A stretch of DNA of 64,000 nt from Acidimicrobiaceae bacterium (GCA_003168075.1 PMTL01000209.1:7970-71969); one strand, 5' to 3'. Counted from the stretch's first letter, positions 39,306 through 50,333 are shown. Numbers and translations: made by a program. The notes: generated by a model not told the origin, from the sequence alone.

Positions 39306-39860
39306 TCAGGCCCCTTCGTAGTCGAAACCGAGGTCCGGCGCACTAAAGAGTGCGTCGAACTCCCAACCCTCCTCGGCGGCCATGGCGGCGGCCGTGCCGC
39401 CGCGGTCGACCACCGCGAGTAGCAAGACCACCGTCGCGCCGTAGTCACGGACCACCCGGGCGGCCTCGAGCAGACTGGTGCCGCGCGTCACGGTGTCTTC
39501 GGTGATGACCACGACGTCGTCTACCAGGAGTCGTCCGGCGATTCGCCCGCCCGCTCCGTGGTCCTTCACTTCCTTGCGCACGCTAAAGGCTCGTAAGGAT
39601 CGCCCCCTCACGGCGGCGACACCGGCCGTGATAAATGAGACACCGTCCGCGCCCATGGTGAGCCCCCCCACGGCGGTAGCGGCGTCGGGAACGCGTTCGA
39701 GCACCAGACTTGCCACGTCGACCATGACCTCGGGCGCGCAGATCGTCTGCTTGGAATCGATGAACCAGCTGGACGTGCGACCGGACTTCAGGATGAAATC
39801 CCCGCGGCGCACCGAGTAGGTGAGCAGGTGTTCGAGGACGCGCGCTCTCGCGTCGCTCAC
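39306..39860 (-). CDS. pyrE: Orotate phosphoribosyltransferase
   Basis: FILKSGRTS, GGLTMGAD, RKEVKDHG, EDTVTRGTS. Confidence 0.92.
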   Translation of the reverse strand: MSDARARVLEHLLTYSVRRGDFILKSGRTSSWFIDSKQTICAPEVMVDVASLVLERVPDAATAVGGLTMGADGVSFITAGVAAVRGRSLRAFSVRKEVKDHGAGGRIAGRLLVDDVVVITEDTVTRGTSLLEAARVVRDYGATVVLLLAVVDRGGTAAAMAAEEGWEFDALFSAPDLGFDYEGA

Positions 39861-40918
39861 GTCAGAACCACCTGACCCGAACCCGGTCGGGCGTGACCAA
39901 CCACCGACGCCACCACCCCGGCCGAACGCGCAGCGTTAATTGCGTCGTCGACGTCGTCAGCGTCCACGCAGACCACCATGCCCAGCCCGCAGTTGAAGAC
40001 CCGCACCATTTCGTACGCGCTGACCAACCCGCGACGCTGGATTTCGTAGAAGATCTCGGGCGTCTCAAAGGAATCCATGTGGATGACGGCGTCGAGTGAG
40101 GGCGGTAGCACCCGCACCACGTTGCCCACGATCCCGCCACCGGTGATGTGCGCGGCCGCGTGCAGGCCGTGGCCGATTAATGTGGCGATCGCCATCACCG
40201 CCGGTGCGTAAATCACCGACGGCAGGAGGAGCTCCTCGCCGAGAGAACGCTCGGCCCCTTCGAAGGCCGGGGCGTGCAGGTCGTCGTCAGTAGTGACGAG
40301 CACTCGTCGCGCCAGGGAGTAGCCGTTCGAGCGCAGCCCCGGGGAACCAAAGCCGATGAGCGCGTCGCCCTTTTTCAGACGGTGCGCGCCGAGTTCGTCT
40401 CCGCGCTCAACGACACCCACCGCGAAGCCGGCGACGTCGAGGTCGTCGGGGCGCATGACCCCGGCGTGTTCGGCGGTCTCGCCGCCCAGCAGAGCCGTAC
40501 CGCACTGGCGACAGCCCTCGGCGATCCCGGCCACTAGGTCGACGAGCCGCTCGAGGTTGATCTGGCCGACCGCCACGTAGTCGAGCATGAAGAGCGGTTC
40601 GGCGCCGGAGCAGACCAGATCGTCGACGAGCATCGCCACCAGGTCGATGCCCACGGTGCCGTAGCGGCCGAGATGGCGAGCGATCTCGAGTTTGGTCCCC
40701 ACGCCGTCGGCCGAAGACACGATGACCGGATCGTGGTAGCGACCCGAATTGAGGTGAAAGAGTCCGCCGAAACCGCCAATGCCACCGAGCACCTCGGGGC
40801 GCGCCGTCGAGGCCACCACGTCCTTGATCCTCTGCACGAAGTCGTCGCCGGCTTCGATGGAGACTCCGACTTCGGCGTAGGTCAGCCCGCCCTCGGGCTG
40901 ATCGAGCAGTCGGCTCAC
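39857..40918 (-). CDS. purM: Phosphoribosylformylglycinamidine cyclo-ligase
   Basis: GGFGGLF, DGVGTK, GGETAEH, AHITGGG, FNCGLG. Confidence 0.96.
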   Translation of the reverse strand: MSRLLDQPEGGLTYAEVGVSIEAGDDFVQRIKDVVASTARPEVLGGIGGFGGLFHLNSGRYHDPVIVSSADGVGTKLEIARHLGRYGTVGIDLVAMLVDDLVCSGAEPLFMLDYVAVGQINLERLVDLVAGIAEGCRQCGTALLGGETAEHAGVMRPDDLDVAGFAVGVVERGDELGAHRLKKGDALIGFGSPGLRSNGYSLARRVLVTTDDDLHAPAFEGAERSLGEELLLPSVIYAPAVMAIATLIGHGLHAAAHITGGGIVGNVVRVLPPSLDAVIHMDSFETPEIFYEIQRRGLVSAYEMVRVFNCGLGMVVCVDADDVDDAINAARSAGVVASVVGHARPGSGQVVLT

Positions 40919-42351
40919 CAGCGCCCTCCGGCCGCGCCGATGGTCACGGGCACGGGCGCCGGGTACTGTCCGGTCAGGCACGCGTCACAGCACTCGCCAT
41001 CGAGACCGATGGCCGCGCGCAGGTTCTCTAAGGTAATGAACTCGAGCGTGTCCGAACCAATGAAGTCGTTCATCTCGGCGACCGTGTGGTTCGCGGCCAA
41101 CAGGTCGTCGCGCGTGGGCGTGTCGATGCCGAAGTAGCACGGCCACATGAAGGGCGGCGAAGATATGCGCAGGTGCACCTCGGCCGCACCCGCGTCGCGC
41201 AGCATGCGAACGAGCGCGCGCGTCGTGGTGCCACGCACGATTGAGTCGTCCACCACGATGAGGCGCTGGCCCTCGATGTTCTCGCGCAGGGGATTGAGCT
41301 TGCGGCGCACACTGGCGGCGCGCTTGACCTGGTCGGGCGAAATGAAGGTGCGACCGATGTAGCGGTTCTTCACCAGCCCGTAGCCAAATGGGATACCCGA
41401 CGACTTGGCGAAGCCTTCGGCGGCGGGGACCCCCGAGTCCGGCACGCCCATCACGATGTCCGCGTCAACGCGGGACTGACTCGCGAGCAACTCTCCCATA
41501 CGACGTCGCGAGGTGTGGACCTGGTGGCCCATGAGGTACGAATCGGGTCGCGCGAAGTAGACGAACTCAAAAATACACAAGTGTTGCTTCTCGTTGGCTG
41601 GTTCGAGCAGTTGCACTGAGGTGACGCCGATATCGGTCAGGGTCACCATCTCGCCGGGAAGAATCTCACGCAAGAACGTGGCGCCGATGACGTCGAGCGC
41701 GGGAGTCTCCGAGGCGACGACCCAGCCTTCGGGCTCGTCGGGTGTGCCGAGTTGGCCCAGGCACAGCGGGCGAAAGCCGTGCGGGTCGCGGACGGCGTGG
41801 ATCTTGCCCGACTCCAGGATGACCATCGAGAAAGCTCCCTCGGCTTGGGAGAGAACCTCGGCCAGCGCTTCAGACACACTCGCGCCGCGGTCCACCGCGC
41901 GCGCCAACAACTCGGCCACGAGGTCAGAGTCCGAGAGCATCGACGTCACCTGGATGCCGGCCTCCTCAGCGAGCTTGACCGTGTTGGTCAAGTTGCCGTT
42001 GTGAGCGATAGCGAAGATCGAACCCGCGGCGGAGCGAAAAACCGGCTGAGCCGCAGTCCAGTTGGCCGACCCTGAGGTCGAGTAGCGGGTGTGACCAATC
42101 ACGTGCGCGCCCGAGAGAGCCCGCAACGTGGCGTCGGTGAAGACGTGACTGACGAGTCCGTTATCCTTCACCACTGTGATCTGGTGGTTGTTGAAGGTCG
42201 CCATGCCGGCGGATTCTTGTCCACGGTGTTGCAGCGCGTAGAGAGCGTCGTAGCACTGGTAGGCCACGTCAGAACCAGGAGCCACGATGCCGACTACGCC
42301 GCACGCTTCTTTCAGACGTTCTCCGTCGAAGGAGTCGTTATCGAGCGGCAC
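40915..42351 (-). CDS. purF: Amidophosphoribosyltransferase
   Basis: Propeptide then CGVVG, LQHRGQE, CIFEFVYFARPDS, VDDSIVRGTT. Confidence 0.97.
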   Translation of the reverse strand: MPLDNDSFDGERLKEACGVVGIVAPGSDVAYQCYDALYALQHRGQESAGMATFNNHQITVVKDNGLVSHVFTDATLRALSGAHVIGHTRYSTSGSANWTAAQPVFRSAAGSIFAIAHNGNLTNTVKLAEEAGIQVTSMLSDSDLVAELLARAVDRGASVSEALAEVLSQAEGAFSMVILESGKIHAVRDPHGFRPLCLGQLGTPDEPEGWVVASETPALDVIGATFLREILPGEMVTLTDIGVTSVQLLEPANEKQHLCIFEFVYFARPDSYLMGHQVHTSRRRMGELLASQSRVDADIVMGVPDSGVPAAEGFAKSSGIPFGYGLVKNRYIGRTFISPDQVKRAASVRRKLNPLRENIEGQRLIVVDDSIVRGTTTRALVRMLRDAGAAEVHLRISSPPFMWPCYFGIDTPTRDDLLAANHTVAEMNDFIGSDTLEFITLENLRAAIGLDGECCDACLTGQYPAPVPVTIGAAGGRW

Positions 42352-42409
42352 TAGGACATTCTTTCACAGACATTCCAGCGTAGTGACACGTCCTCGTTAC
42401 GCTGTCATC

Positions 42410-43333
42410 GTGATTGATCTGCACACCCACTCGAATTTCTCCGACGGATCGGATTCCCCCACGGAGTTGGCCGCCCGGGCCCACCGACTGGGCCTGCGCG
42501 CGATCGCCCTGACCGACCACGACACCACCTCCAGCCACGACGAGATGGCGGCGGGCTGCGATCACTACGGACTCGAACTGGTGCCCGGAGTGGAGATCTC
42601 CCTACTCGACGCGATTTTTCCCCTCCAGGGCGACGAAGGCGAGGCCCGACCCCGCGGCGTGCACGTGCTCGCGTACTTCTTGCCCCTCGACCCCGAACAC
42701 CCGGTGCAGCGTCTCCTGGCGCGGCTGCGCCGAGACCGCGCCGAGCGTAATGCGCGCCTCGCCACTCGACTCCAGGAACTCGGCTTCGAACGTGTGAGCC
42801 TCGAGAGCGTCACGTCGCGTGCCGCCAATGCCGAGGGCGTTGGCCGGCCGCACTTCGCCGCGGCGATGTTCGAGCTGCACCCCGAAATCCTTGGCGAGCG
42901 CACGCCCGAATCATGGTCACGGGTCTTCGTCGACTGGCTGGGCTCTAGCGGCCGCGCCTACATCCCCAAGACGACGCTGACCCTCGAGACATTCATGGAC
43001 GAAGCGAAGGGTTCGAGCACCGTCTTCTCCATCGCCCACCCGTTGCTCAATTACTTACCGGGGTATAGCGCCACGAGTATCGAGGAGCACATGCCCGTCG
43101 TCCTGGCGTCACTGCGCGAACGCGGCGTTCACGGCGTTGAGGCCTACTACGGCGGAACGACGAAGGCCACCAGAGCCCTGATGGTCAAACTCACCCGCGA
43201 CGCCGGGCTGATCCCCACGGGCGGTTCTGACTACCACGGCCTCTTCAAGGAGGACGTGTCACTGGGCGTGGGTCGCAGTGGCGACCTGCACGTGCCCGAC
43301 GAAATACTGGACGAGTTGCGCGCCGCTCGCTAG
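42410..43333 (+). CDS. PHP-domain phosphoesterase (TrpH/YciV-like)
   Basis: DLHTHSNFSDG, LTDHD, GVEIS, GRPH, GGSDYHG. Confidence 0.9.
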   Translation: MIDLHTHSNFSDGSDSPTELAARAHRLGLRAIALTDHDTTSSHDEMAAGCDHYGLELVPGVEISLLDAIFPLQGDEGEARPRGVHVLAYFLPLDPEHPVQRLLARLRRDRAERNARLATRLQELGFERVSLESVTSRAANAEGVGRPHFAAAMFELHPEILGERTPESWSRVFVDWLGSSGRAYIPKTTLTLETFMDEAKGSSTVFSIAHPLLNYLPGYSATSIEEHMPVVLASLRERGVHGVEAYYGGTTKATRALMVKLTRDAGLIPTGGSDYHGLFKEDVSLGVGRSGDLHVPDEILDELRAAR

Positions 43334-45603
43334 TTGAGCGCCAGCGCCTCTTCGAGCGCGGCACCGCGACGTGACGCAATCTCCGCGACGTTGATGCTCA
43401 CGAGCCCCCCCAGGTGCACCGTGGTGCCCCCGACGGTACCCAGAATGGTCACCGGTACTCCGGCCCCGAGAGCGCGGGCGACGAAGGCCTCGGCGTTCGA
43501 CGTCGCCACGACGAAGCGTCCCGGGAATTCGGCGAACAGCTCAGCGTGTCCCTCGAGTTGCGACACGTTCACCCCGCGTTGCGTCACCGCCGCCATCTCG
43601 GCGAGCGCCGCGGCGAGGCCGCCGCCACTCACGTCGTGCACGGCGCTCACGTCGCTGCTCGCGCCACCACAGATCAACGCCACTTCCGTCGTGACGAAGT
43701 TGAACGTCGAGACGAGGCGCGTCGCGTCGAAGCCGGCGAGGTGCCCGCCGCGGCGTCCGCGCCGGGTGGCCCAGCGCGATCCCGCCAGGGGGAAGGGAGT
43801 GGCTCCGGCGGCTTCACGGTGTCCCACGAGTACGACGGCGTCGCCGTCGTTCCAGTCCCAGCCCGGAGGCGGCGCAACGAGCGAATCGATCACGCCGAGA
43901 AGCCCGATGACTGGCGTCGGGTCGATGTCGCGTCCACCGCTCTCGTTGTACAGCGAGACATTGCCGCCGATCACCGGCAGGCCCAGTGCGTTGCAGCCCA
44001 TTACCATGCCGTCCACGGTCTCGGAGAGTTGCCACATCACCTCGGGATGCTCCGGGTTGCCGAAGTTCAGACAGTTCACGACCGCCTTGGCGGTCGCTCC
44101 CACGCACGCCAGGTTCGCCACGCTTTCGGCCACCGTGAGTGCCGCGCCGTCCTTGGGGTCGAGCGCGCACCAGCGCGGATTGGAATCCGTGGAGATGGCG
44201 ATGCCGCGCTTCGACTCGGGAAGACCAGGTCCGGCCAAGCGCAACAGCGCCGCGTCACGGCCCGGTCCCACCACGGTATTGAGGAAGAGCTGCGAGTCGT
44301 ACTGGCGGTACACCCAGACGGGGTCGAGCAAGAGACCCAGTAGGTCCGTCGCCGCATCGCCGACGGGCTCGTCATTCGTCGGGTCGTCGGCGCGCACCGC
44401 GTCGAGGTCGCTCGGACGCTGGCGCGGGCGGTCGTAGAGCGGTGCGTCGTGCGCCAGGGAGGACGCGGGCACTTCCGCCAGCACCTCACCGTCGAATCCA
44501 TTACGAATCCGCAACATTCCGACGCTCGTGCCGTCGGGCAACGTCGTGGGCGAGACCACGTGACCCACCACACTGGCGCGCACCTCCCATTTTTCGCACA
44601 CGTCAGTGACCGACTTCAAGTTCTCGGGCGTGATAATGGCGAGCATGCGCTCTTGACTCTCCGAGGTCATGATCTCGAAGGGCTGCATTGCGAGTTCGCG
44701 CTGGTGCACGGCGCTCACGTCGACGTCCATTCCGACGCCGCCCTTGGCCGCGGTCTCCGACGTCGCGCACACCAGTCCCGCTCCGCCCAGGTCCTGTATG
44801 CCCACCACGAAGCCGTGGTCGAGCAATTCGAGGCAGGCTTCGATGAGGCGCTTCTCCTCGTAGGGGTCGCCAACCTGGACGCTCGGACGCTTGGCGTCAT
44901 CGAGGGACGCCGCGCCGTCATCACCCGCGAAGCCCGCCGACGCCAGCACGGAGACGCCGCCGATACCGTCGCGCCCGGTCGACGAACCCAAGAGCACGGC
45001 ATAGTTCCCCACGCCTGAGGCCACACCCAGGGCCAAACGGTCTGTGGGTAGAGCGCCCACGGCGAGCACGTTCACCAAGGGATTGGCGCTATAACACTCG
45101 TCAAAGGTCAGTTCCCCCCCGATGGTGGGAACACCCACGGAGTTGCCGTATCCCGAGATCCCCGAGACGACACCCTCGACGAGCCAGCGATTGCGCGCGT
45201 CATCGAGCGCGCCGAAGAACAGCGGATCCATCACGGCGAGGGGCCGCGCACCCATGGAGAACACGTCACGCAGAATGCCGCCCACGCCGGTCGCTGCGCC
45301 CTGGTAGGGCTCTATCGCCGAGGGGTGGTTGTGGCTCTCAATACGGATGGCGACGCCGATCCCGTCACCGGCGTCGATCACGCCCGCGCCTTCACCGGGA
45401 CCGACCAGGACGTGGTCGCCCTTCGACGGGAGGCGACGCAGGTGAATGCGCGAGGATTTGTACGAGCAGTGCTCGCTCCACATCACGCCGTAGAGCGCCA
45501 GTTCCAAAGGGTTGGGTTCGCGCGACAGTACCTGACGAATGTCGTCGAGCTCCGCATCGGTCAAACCAAGGGCACGGTGCAGGGGCTGAAGGACGCTACT
45601 CAC
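43330..45603 (-). CDS. purL: FGAM synthase subunit PurL
   Basis: MWSEHCSYKSS, ESHNHPS, QDLGGAG, SESQERM. Confidence 0.97.
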   Translation of the reverse strand: MSSVLQPLHRALGLTDAELDDIRQVLSREPNPLELALYGVMWSEHCSYKSSRIHLRRLPSKGDHVLVGPGEGAGVIDAGDGIGVAIRIESHNHPSAIEPYQGAATGVGGILRDVFSMGARPLAVMDPLFFGALDDARNRWLVEGVVSGISGYGNSVGVPTIGGELTFDECYSANPLVNVLAVGALPTDRLALGVASGVGNYAVLLGSSTGRDGIGGVSVLASAGFAGDDGAASLDDAKRPSVQVGDPYEEKRLIEACLELLDHGFVVGIQDLGGAGLVCATSETAAKGGVGMDVDVSAVHQRELAMQPFEIMTSESQERMLAIITPENLKSVTDVCEKWEVRASVVGHVVSPTTLPDGTSVGMLRIRNGFDGEVLAEVPASSLAHDAPLYDRPRQRPSDLDAVRADDPTNDEPVGDAATDLLGLLLDPVWVYRQYDSQLFLNTVVGPGRDAALLRLAGPGLPESKRGIAISTDSNPRWCALDPKDGAALTVAESVANLACVGATAKAVVNCLNFGNPEHPEVMWQLSETVDGMVMGCNALGLPVIGGNVSLYNESGGRDIDPTPVIGLLGVIDSLVAPPPGWDWNDGDAVVLVGHREAAGATPFPLAGSRWATRRGRRGGHLAGFDATRLVSTFNFVTTEVALICGGASSDVSAVHDVSGGGLAAALAEMAAVTQRGVNVSQLEGHAELFAEFPGRFVVATSNAEAFVARALGAGVPVTILGTVGGTTVHLGGLVSINVAEIASRRGAALEEALALN

Positions 45604-45658
45604 CTCTTAAAACTACTGGTCTGCCCATAGCGCTCGGTACGCGGGCACCGGTTCGACC

Positions 45659-46330
45659 TCAGTGGACGATTTCTCGAGCGCTGACGAAGCCCTCCAGCAA
45701 GACGCGCCCGTCCGCGCTGCCGAGCAGGGTCGACATGGCGCGCTCGGGATGGGGCATGAGGCCCACCACGTTGCCGGCCTCGTTCGCTACCCCCGCGATG
45801 TCGTCGCGCGACCCGTTGGGGTTGTCCTGGTAGCGCAGCACGATCTGACCATGATCAACCAGCGACGCGTACGTCGTGTCGTCACAGGTGTAGGCACCCG
45901 AGAAATGATTGATCGGTACCACGAGCCGCGCTCCCACCTGCGCCGCGCGCGTCAGCACCGAATGAGTAGAGCTCACGACTAGTGTGGTGGGCTGACAAAG
46001 AAACGTCAGTCCGCGATTCTTCTGCAGCGCTCCGGGCAGCAGTCCCGCTTCGGTCAGCACCTGAAAGCCGTTGCAAATTCCCAGCACTGGACCCCCTTCA
46101 GCGGCGAAGGCGGCGACCGCGTCCATGACGGGCGAGAAGCGTGCCAGCGCCCCCGGGCGCAGGTAGTCTCCGTGGGCGAAACCTCCCGGCAGGATAACGC
46201 CGTCCACGTCGCCCAGTGACGTCGAGGAGTGAAAGATGAACTCCGCACTCGCCCCGAGCTCCTCCACGGCTCGCGCTGCGTCGTATTCGCAGTTCGAACC
46301 GGGGAAGACGACGACGCCAATACGAGCCAC
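45659..46330 (-). CDS. purQ: FGAM synthase glutaminase subunit
   Basis: FPGSNC, GICNGFQ, MPHPER. Confidence 0.97.
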   Translation of the reverse strand: MARIGVVVFPGSNCEYDAARAVEELGASAEFIFHSSTSLGDVDGVILPGGFAHGDYLRPGALARFSPVMDAVAAFAAEGGPVLGICNGFQVLTEAGLLPGALQKNRGLTFLCQPTTLVVSSTHSVLTRAAQVGARLVVPINHFSGAYTCDDTTYASLVDHGQIVLRYQDNPNGSRDDIAGVANEAGNVVGLMPHPERAMSTLLGSADGRVLLEGFVSAREIVH

Positions 46331-46333
46331 GTC

Positions 46334-46588
46334 CTAACGACCTTCGACCAGGCGAGCGGTGGCGTCTTCAATGACCGGATTCGACAACAGGCGCTCGGCC
46401 AACGACTGGGCACTCGTCAGAGCCTCGTCAGAACTTTCGGCCTCGATGTCGAATCGAAACATCTTGCCCGCCCGTACCGATCTCACGCCATTAAAACCCA
46501 AGGCCGGCAAGGCTCGTTCGATGGTGGCGCCTTCGGGATCGGCAATCCCCACTCGCAAGGTGACTTCGACAACGACGGAGTAGTTCAC
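46334..46588 (-). CDS. purS: FGAM synthase subunit PurS
   Basis: DPEG, LLSNPVIE; next to purQ. Confidence 0.95.
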   Translation of the reverse strand: MNYSVVVEVTLRVGIADPEGATIERALPALGFNGVRSVRAGKMFRFDIEAESSDEALTSAQSLAERLLSNPVIEDATARLVEGR

Positions 46589-46624
46589 GCCTAAAACCGT
46601 AACAGCCGCGCCACTCGGGTCCCG

Positions 46625-47551
46625 TCAACGCGGGCGCACCGACACCCACGAACCGACGACCGGGTTCAACTGGCGCGCCTCGTGGTGGGTAAGTTGCACC
46701 CATGTCGTCTCCTGGTCACTCTCGACGACGACGCGCACTTCGAAACCAAGGCGGATCACGTCCACGACGCGCGCCCTCGGTCCCGCGTCGACGTCGCACA
46801 GTTGTAGGTCGTGGGGACGATACGCAACGCCCCGCCACGTCGTGAGCGGACCGAGGAACCCGTGGACGAAGTCCGACGACGGCTTGTCGTACACCTGGTC
46901 GGGAGGGCCGACCTGTTCGATGCGCCCTTCGTGCAAGATGACGATACGATCGGCGACCTCCATCGCCTCGCTCTGGTTGTGCGTCACCAAAATGGTAGTG
47001 ATACCGAGTTCGCGCTGTAGCGAGCGCACCCACACCCTCAGTTCCCCACTCACCTGGGCGTCGAGCGCCGCGAAGGGTTCGTCCAGCAATAGCACTTCGG
47101 GCTTGATCGCTAGTGCCCTCGCCAGCGCCATGCGCTGGCGCTGACCCCCCGAGAGCTGGCGGGGATAGCGATCGCCGAAATCACTCAGGCGTACGAGACC
47201 GAGCAGTTCATCTACTTCCTTCTTGCGCTGCGCGGTGCCGATTCGCCTCACCTTGAGTCCGTAAGCGACGTTGTCAAACACCGTCATCTGATTGAACGGG
47301 GCGTAGTCCTGGAAGCAAAAGCCGATCTGACGGTGACGCGCCTCCACGCTGGTGACGTCACGACCGTGTAACTCGACCGTTCCATGGTCCAGTGACTCGA
47401 GTCCCGCGATAATGCGCAACAGGGTGGACTTACCCGATCCCGACGGCCCGAGTAACGCGGTCATCGAGCCTGACGGTATTTCGTCGCTGACCTCGTCCAG
47501 CACCAGGTCGGGGCCGAAGTGCTTGGTGATGTTCTTAAGTACGATACTCAT
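46625..47551 (-). CDS. cysA: Sulfate ABC transporter ATP-binding protein
   Basis: [32 protein letters not shown]-like tail. Confidence 0.9.
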   Translation of the reverse strand: MSIVLKNITKHFGPDLVLDEVSDEIPSGSMTALLGPSGSGKSTLLRIIAGLESLDHGTVELHGRDVTSVEARHRQIGFCFQDYAPFNQMTVFDNVAYGLKVRRIGTAQRKKEVDELLGLVRLSDFGDRYPRQLSGGQRQRMALARALAIKPEVLLLDEPFAALDAQVSGELRVWVRSLQRELGITTILVTHNQSEAMEVADRIVILHEGRIEQVGPPDQVYDKPSSDFVHGFLGPLTTWRGVAYRPHDLQLCDVDAGPRARVVDVIRLGFEVRVVVESDQETTWVQLTHHEARQLNPVVGSWVSVRPR

Positions 47552-48350
47552 GGCGCAACCTTTCGCGGTGCCGCGCGTGACCGAGCACCAGTAAGACGAA
47601 GATGGAAACGAGTGAGAGCAGGCTCACCCCGACGAATCCCTGATAGGGCGTGAAATTCTCGAAGTTGTTGGAGATGTTGAGCGTGAGCGTCTCGGTGCGA
47701 AATCCGATGTTCCCCGACACGATCAAGACTGCGCCGTACTCACCGATGACCCGCGCGATGGTCAGCGTGACGCCGTAGGCCGTCGCCCAGGTGATCGAGC
47801 GCAGGGTCACCGTGAAGAAGATCCGCACGGGACCCGCCCCGAGGGTCTGTGCGGTCTGCTCTTGGTGGGTCCCCACCGACCGCAGCATCGGGATTACCTG
47901 ACGCGAGACGAGTGGCAGCGACACGAACACCGACGCCAAAACAATGGCCCAGTACGAGAACATGACCTGGAGTCCCCAGGCGGCGAAGGGACGACCGAGC
48001 CAACCATTTTGGGCGTACGCGAGTTCGAGACTCAGTCCAACGATGATCGGCGACACGGCCAGCGGAATGTCGATGAGGGTGTCAAAGACCCGCGAGAATC
48101 TCGACGGATGTCGGACGATCCAGAGAGATACGCCGAGACCAAAGACCACATTGAGTGGAACCGCGACCACCGCCACGCGAACGGTCAACCACAGCGCGGA
48201 ATCCATCTCGGCGTTCGACAGGGCGTTGACGAACGCGGACACGCCGTGTGAGAGAGCCTGTTGGAACACGAAACCGAGGGGTAGCGCCACGAGGGCGCCC
48301 ACGTAACACAACACGGCGACGCGAAGAGCGAGCGATGGCCGGTGCATCAC
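47535..48350 (-). CDS. cysW: Sulfate ABC permease
   Basis: [22 protein letters not shown]. Confidence 0.88.
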   Translation of the reverse strand: MMHRPSLALRVAVLCYVGALVALPLGFVFQQALSHGVSAFVNALSNAEMDSALWLTVRVAVVAVPLNVVFGLGVSLWIVRHPSRFSRVFDTLIDIPLAVSPIIVGLSLELAYAQNGWLGRPFAAWGLQVMFSYWAIVLASVFVSLPLVSRQVIPMLRSVGTHQEQTAQTLGAGPVRIFFTVTLRSITWATAYGVTLTIARVIGEYGAVLIVSGNIGFRTETLTLNISNNFENFTPYQGFVGVSLLSLVSIFVLLVLGHARHRERLRHEYRT

Positions 48351-49207
48351 TGGCTCCTACCGATTCGATGCGCGGCGACGTTGACGCCGATCAGAACGAT
48401 GAGAGCCATCACGAGGAGACCGAGCGATACCGCGGAGGCCGCGTCTACTTGCCCCGACGTGGCGAGTGAGTATACGTAGGAACTCGCGACCTCTGAACGA
48501 TACGGAAGATTATTGGAGATGAAGACCACCGAGCCGTATTCGCCCAGGGCGCGCGCGAAGGCGAGTCCGGTGCCAGTCAAGATCGCTGGCAGCATCGCGG
48601 GCAGCGTGATAGTGCGAAACACTCGCAGGGTCGAGGCGCCCAGCGTGGCGGCGGCGGCCTCGGCGGTGAACGTACGGGCTTCGAGAATGGGCTGAACGGC
48701 GCGCACGCTAAAGGGCAGCGTCACGAAGGTAATGGCGATGGTGATGCCGATCCAGGTTCCCGTGACGTTGACGTGAAATGGCGAGTGCGGACCGTACAGG
48801 GTATAGAAGGTGACGCCGGCGACGACGGTCGGCAGCGCGAAGGGCAGATCAATCAGCGCGTTGAGGATCGATTGACCGGGAAAACGGTCACGTACGAGCA
48901 CCCATGCGGTCGCGGTTCCCGCCACCATGTTGAGGAGTGCCCCTCCCGCGGCGCACCACAACGTGAGTCGAATGGCGCTGAGCGCCTCGGGTTGGGTGAG
49001 GGCGCTCCAGAACGACCCGAGTCCATTACCAAGGGCGTGCGTCACCACCGCCGCGATCGGGATCAGAACTACCAGACTCAGGTACGTGACGGCCAGACCA
49101 CGTGCTCCGTGGCCGGTCAACGCAGACGCGTATCGCCGCACCCCCCGCTCACGCGGGGGGTGCGGCGATACTTCGCTCGGGGTCTGTTTAAGCAGCAGTT
49201 CCGGCAA
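48347..49207 (-). CDS. cysT: Sulfate ABC permease
   Basis: DLPFALPTVVAG, VRAVQP, ARALGEYGSV. Confidence 0.9.
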   Translation of the reverse strand: MPELLLKQTPSEVSPHPPRERGVRRYASALTGHGARGLAVTYLSLVVLIPIAAVVTHALGNGLGSFWSALTQPEALSAIRLTLWCAAGGALLNMVAGTATAWVLVRDRFPGQSILNALIDLPFALPTVVAGVTFYTLYGPHSPFHVNVTGTWIGITIAITFVTLPFSVRAVQPILEARTFTAEAAAATLGASTLRVFRTITLPAMLPAILTGTGLAFARALGEYGSVVFISNNLPYRSEVASSYVYSLATSGQVDAASAVSLGLLVMALIVLIGVNVAAHRIGRSQ

Positions 49208-50312
49208 ATCTCTCCAAGTAAGTCACGAGGCCACGGGTTGTATTGCTCGTCGAGCCACTGGCGAACACCACGGTCGGCCAGAAGAAGGTCGAGTTCACAC
49301 TCTTCCAACCCTGGCTGTTGATATTGGTCACTGACCACAGGCTGTTGGGCTTGGTGAACTTCACGAAGCTCGCCGACGTCGCCTTCCAAATGGTCGTGAG
49401 CACCGATCGGTACCCCAAGCTAGCGAAAATGCCTTGTCCCGCTGCCGAGAAGAGGTAGCGGTAGAACGCCTTCGCCCCCGGATTGGTCACACCGGTGTCG
49501 GTTAAAGCCAACGGGTTCTCAATGAGAAGCGACTGGGGAGGTGTCACGATCTGGACTGGATCGCCCGCAGCCACCGCGGCCTTCGCGTCATCCTCGTAGT
49601 CAACAAGCACGTTGCCAGTTCCCGCCACGAACGCCGCCATCGCCGCCGAACCGCTGGTGGGTTGAGCCACCGTGTGGGTAATAAAGAGTTTCAGGTAGGC
49701 GCGAGCCTGCGCGGGGGTTTTGCCTAGTTGCAGCTGCGAGGAGTACGCCGCCAACAGATTCCAACGGGCGCTACCCGACGTCAGCGGATTCGGCGTGACT
49801 ATCTGAATTCCCTTGGCAGTGAGGTTGGACCAGTTGGTGATCTTGAGCGGGTTGCCCTTTCTGACTATAAACACCACCACCGAGTCGGTCACGATGCCCG
49901 GAGTCGGGAAATTCGTCTGAGCCGCCCGGCCCGTGAGGGCGGTGTTGACACGACCGAAGGTCGATTCCTGCGTGGTCCACGACGCCGGCACCTTGCCGAC
50001 GGTGACGAGCGAGGAGATGTTGGCTTCGTACGACAAATTCACGAGGTCTGCGTGTTGACCGGCCTCGACGTTTTGTGTCTGGGTATCAGATGCCCCAAAG
50101 GAGTTCGTAAATCCCACGCCCGCCCCGGCTGGCGTGGCCAGAAAGGAAGCCTCCAACGCCTTGAAGGCCGGTCCGACAACGGAGTAACCCACAACGTTGA
50201 CGTTGTCAGTGATTGTTGCAGCCCCGGACGTCGCCGGAAGACTCCACAAGGGAAGGGTCGCGGCAATCGCCAAGGTGGCGAAGCGTGCGACGCGATTGAA
50301 TGGCGGGGTCAT
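49188..50312 (-). CDS. sbp: Sulfate-binding protein (Sbp/CysP family)
   Basis: SFGAS, SVVVFIVRKGNP, TPNPLTSGSARWN, LLIENP. Confidence 0.88.
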   Translation of the reverse strand: MTPPFNRVARFATLAIAATLPLWSLPATSGAATITDNVNVVGYSVVGPAFKALEASFLATPAGAGVGFTNSFGASDTQTQNVEAGQHADLVNLSYEANISSLVTVGKVPASWTTQESTFGRVNTALTGRAAQTNFPTPGIVTDSVVVFIVRKGNPLKITNWSNLTAKGIQIVTPNPLTSGSARWNLLAAYSSQLQLGKTPAQARAYLKLFITHTVAQPTSGSAAMAAFVAGTGNVLVDYEDDAKAAVAAGDPVQIVTPPQSLLIENPLALTDTGVTNPGAKAFYRYLFSAAGQGIFASLGYRSVLTTIWKATSASFVKFTKPNSLWSVTNINSQGWKSVNSTFFWPTVVFASGSTSNTTRGLVTYLERFAGTAA

Positions 50313-50333
50313 GTAATTCTCTCCTATATCTAT

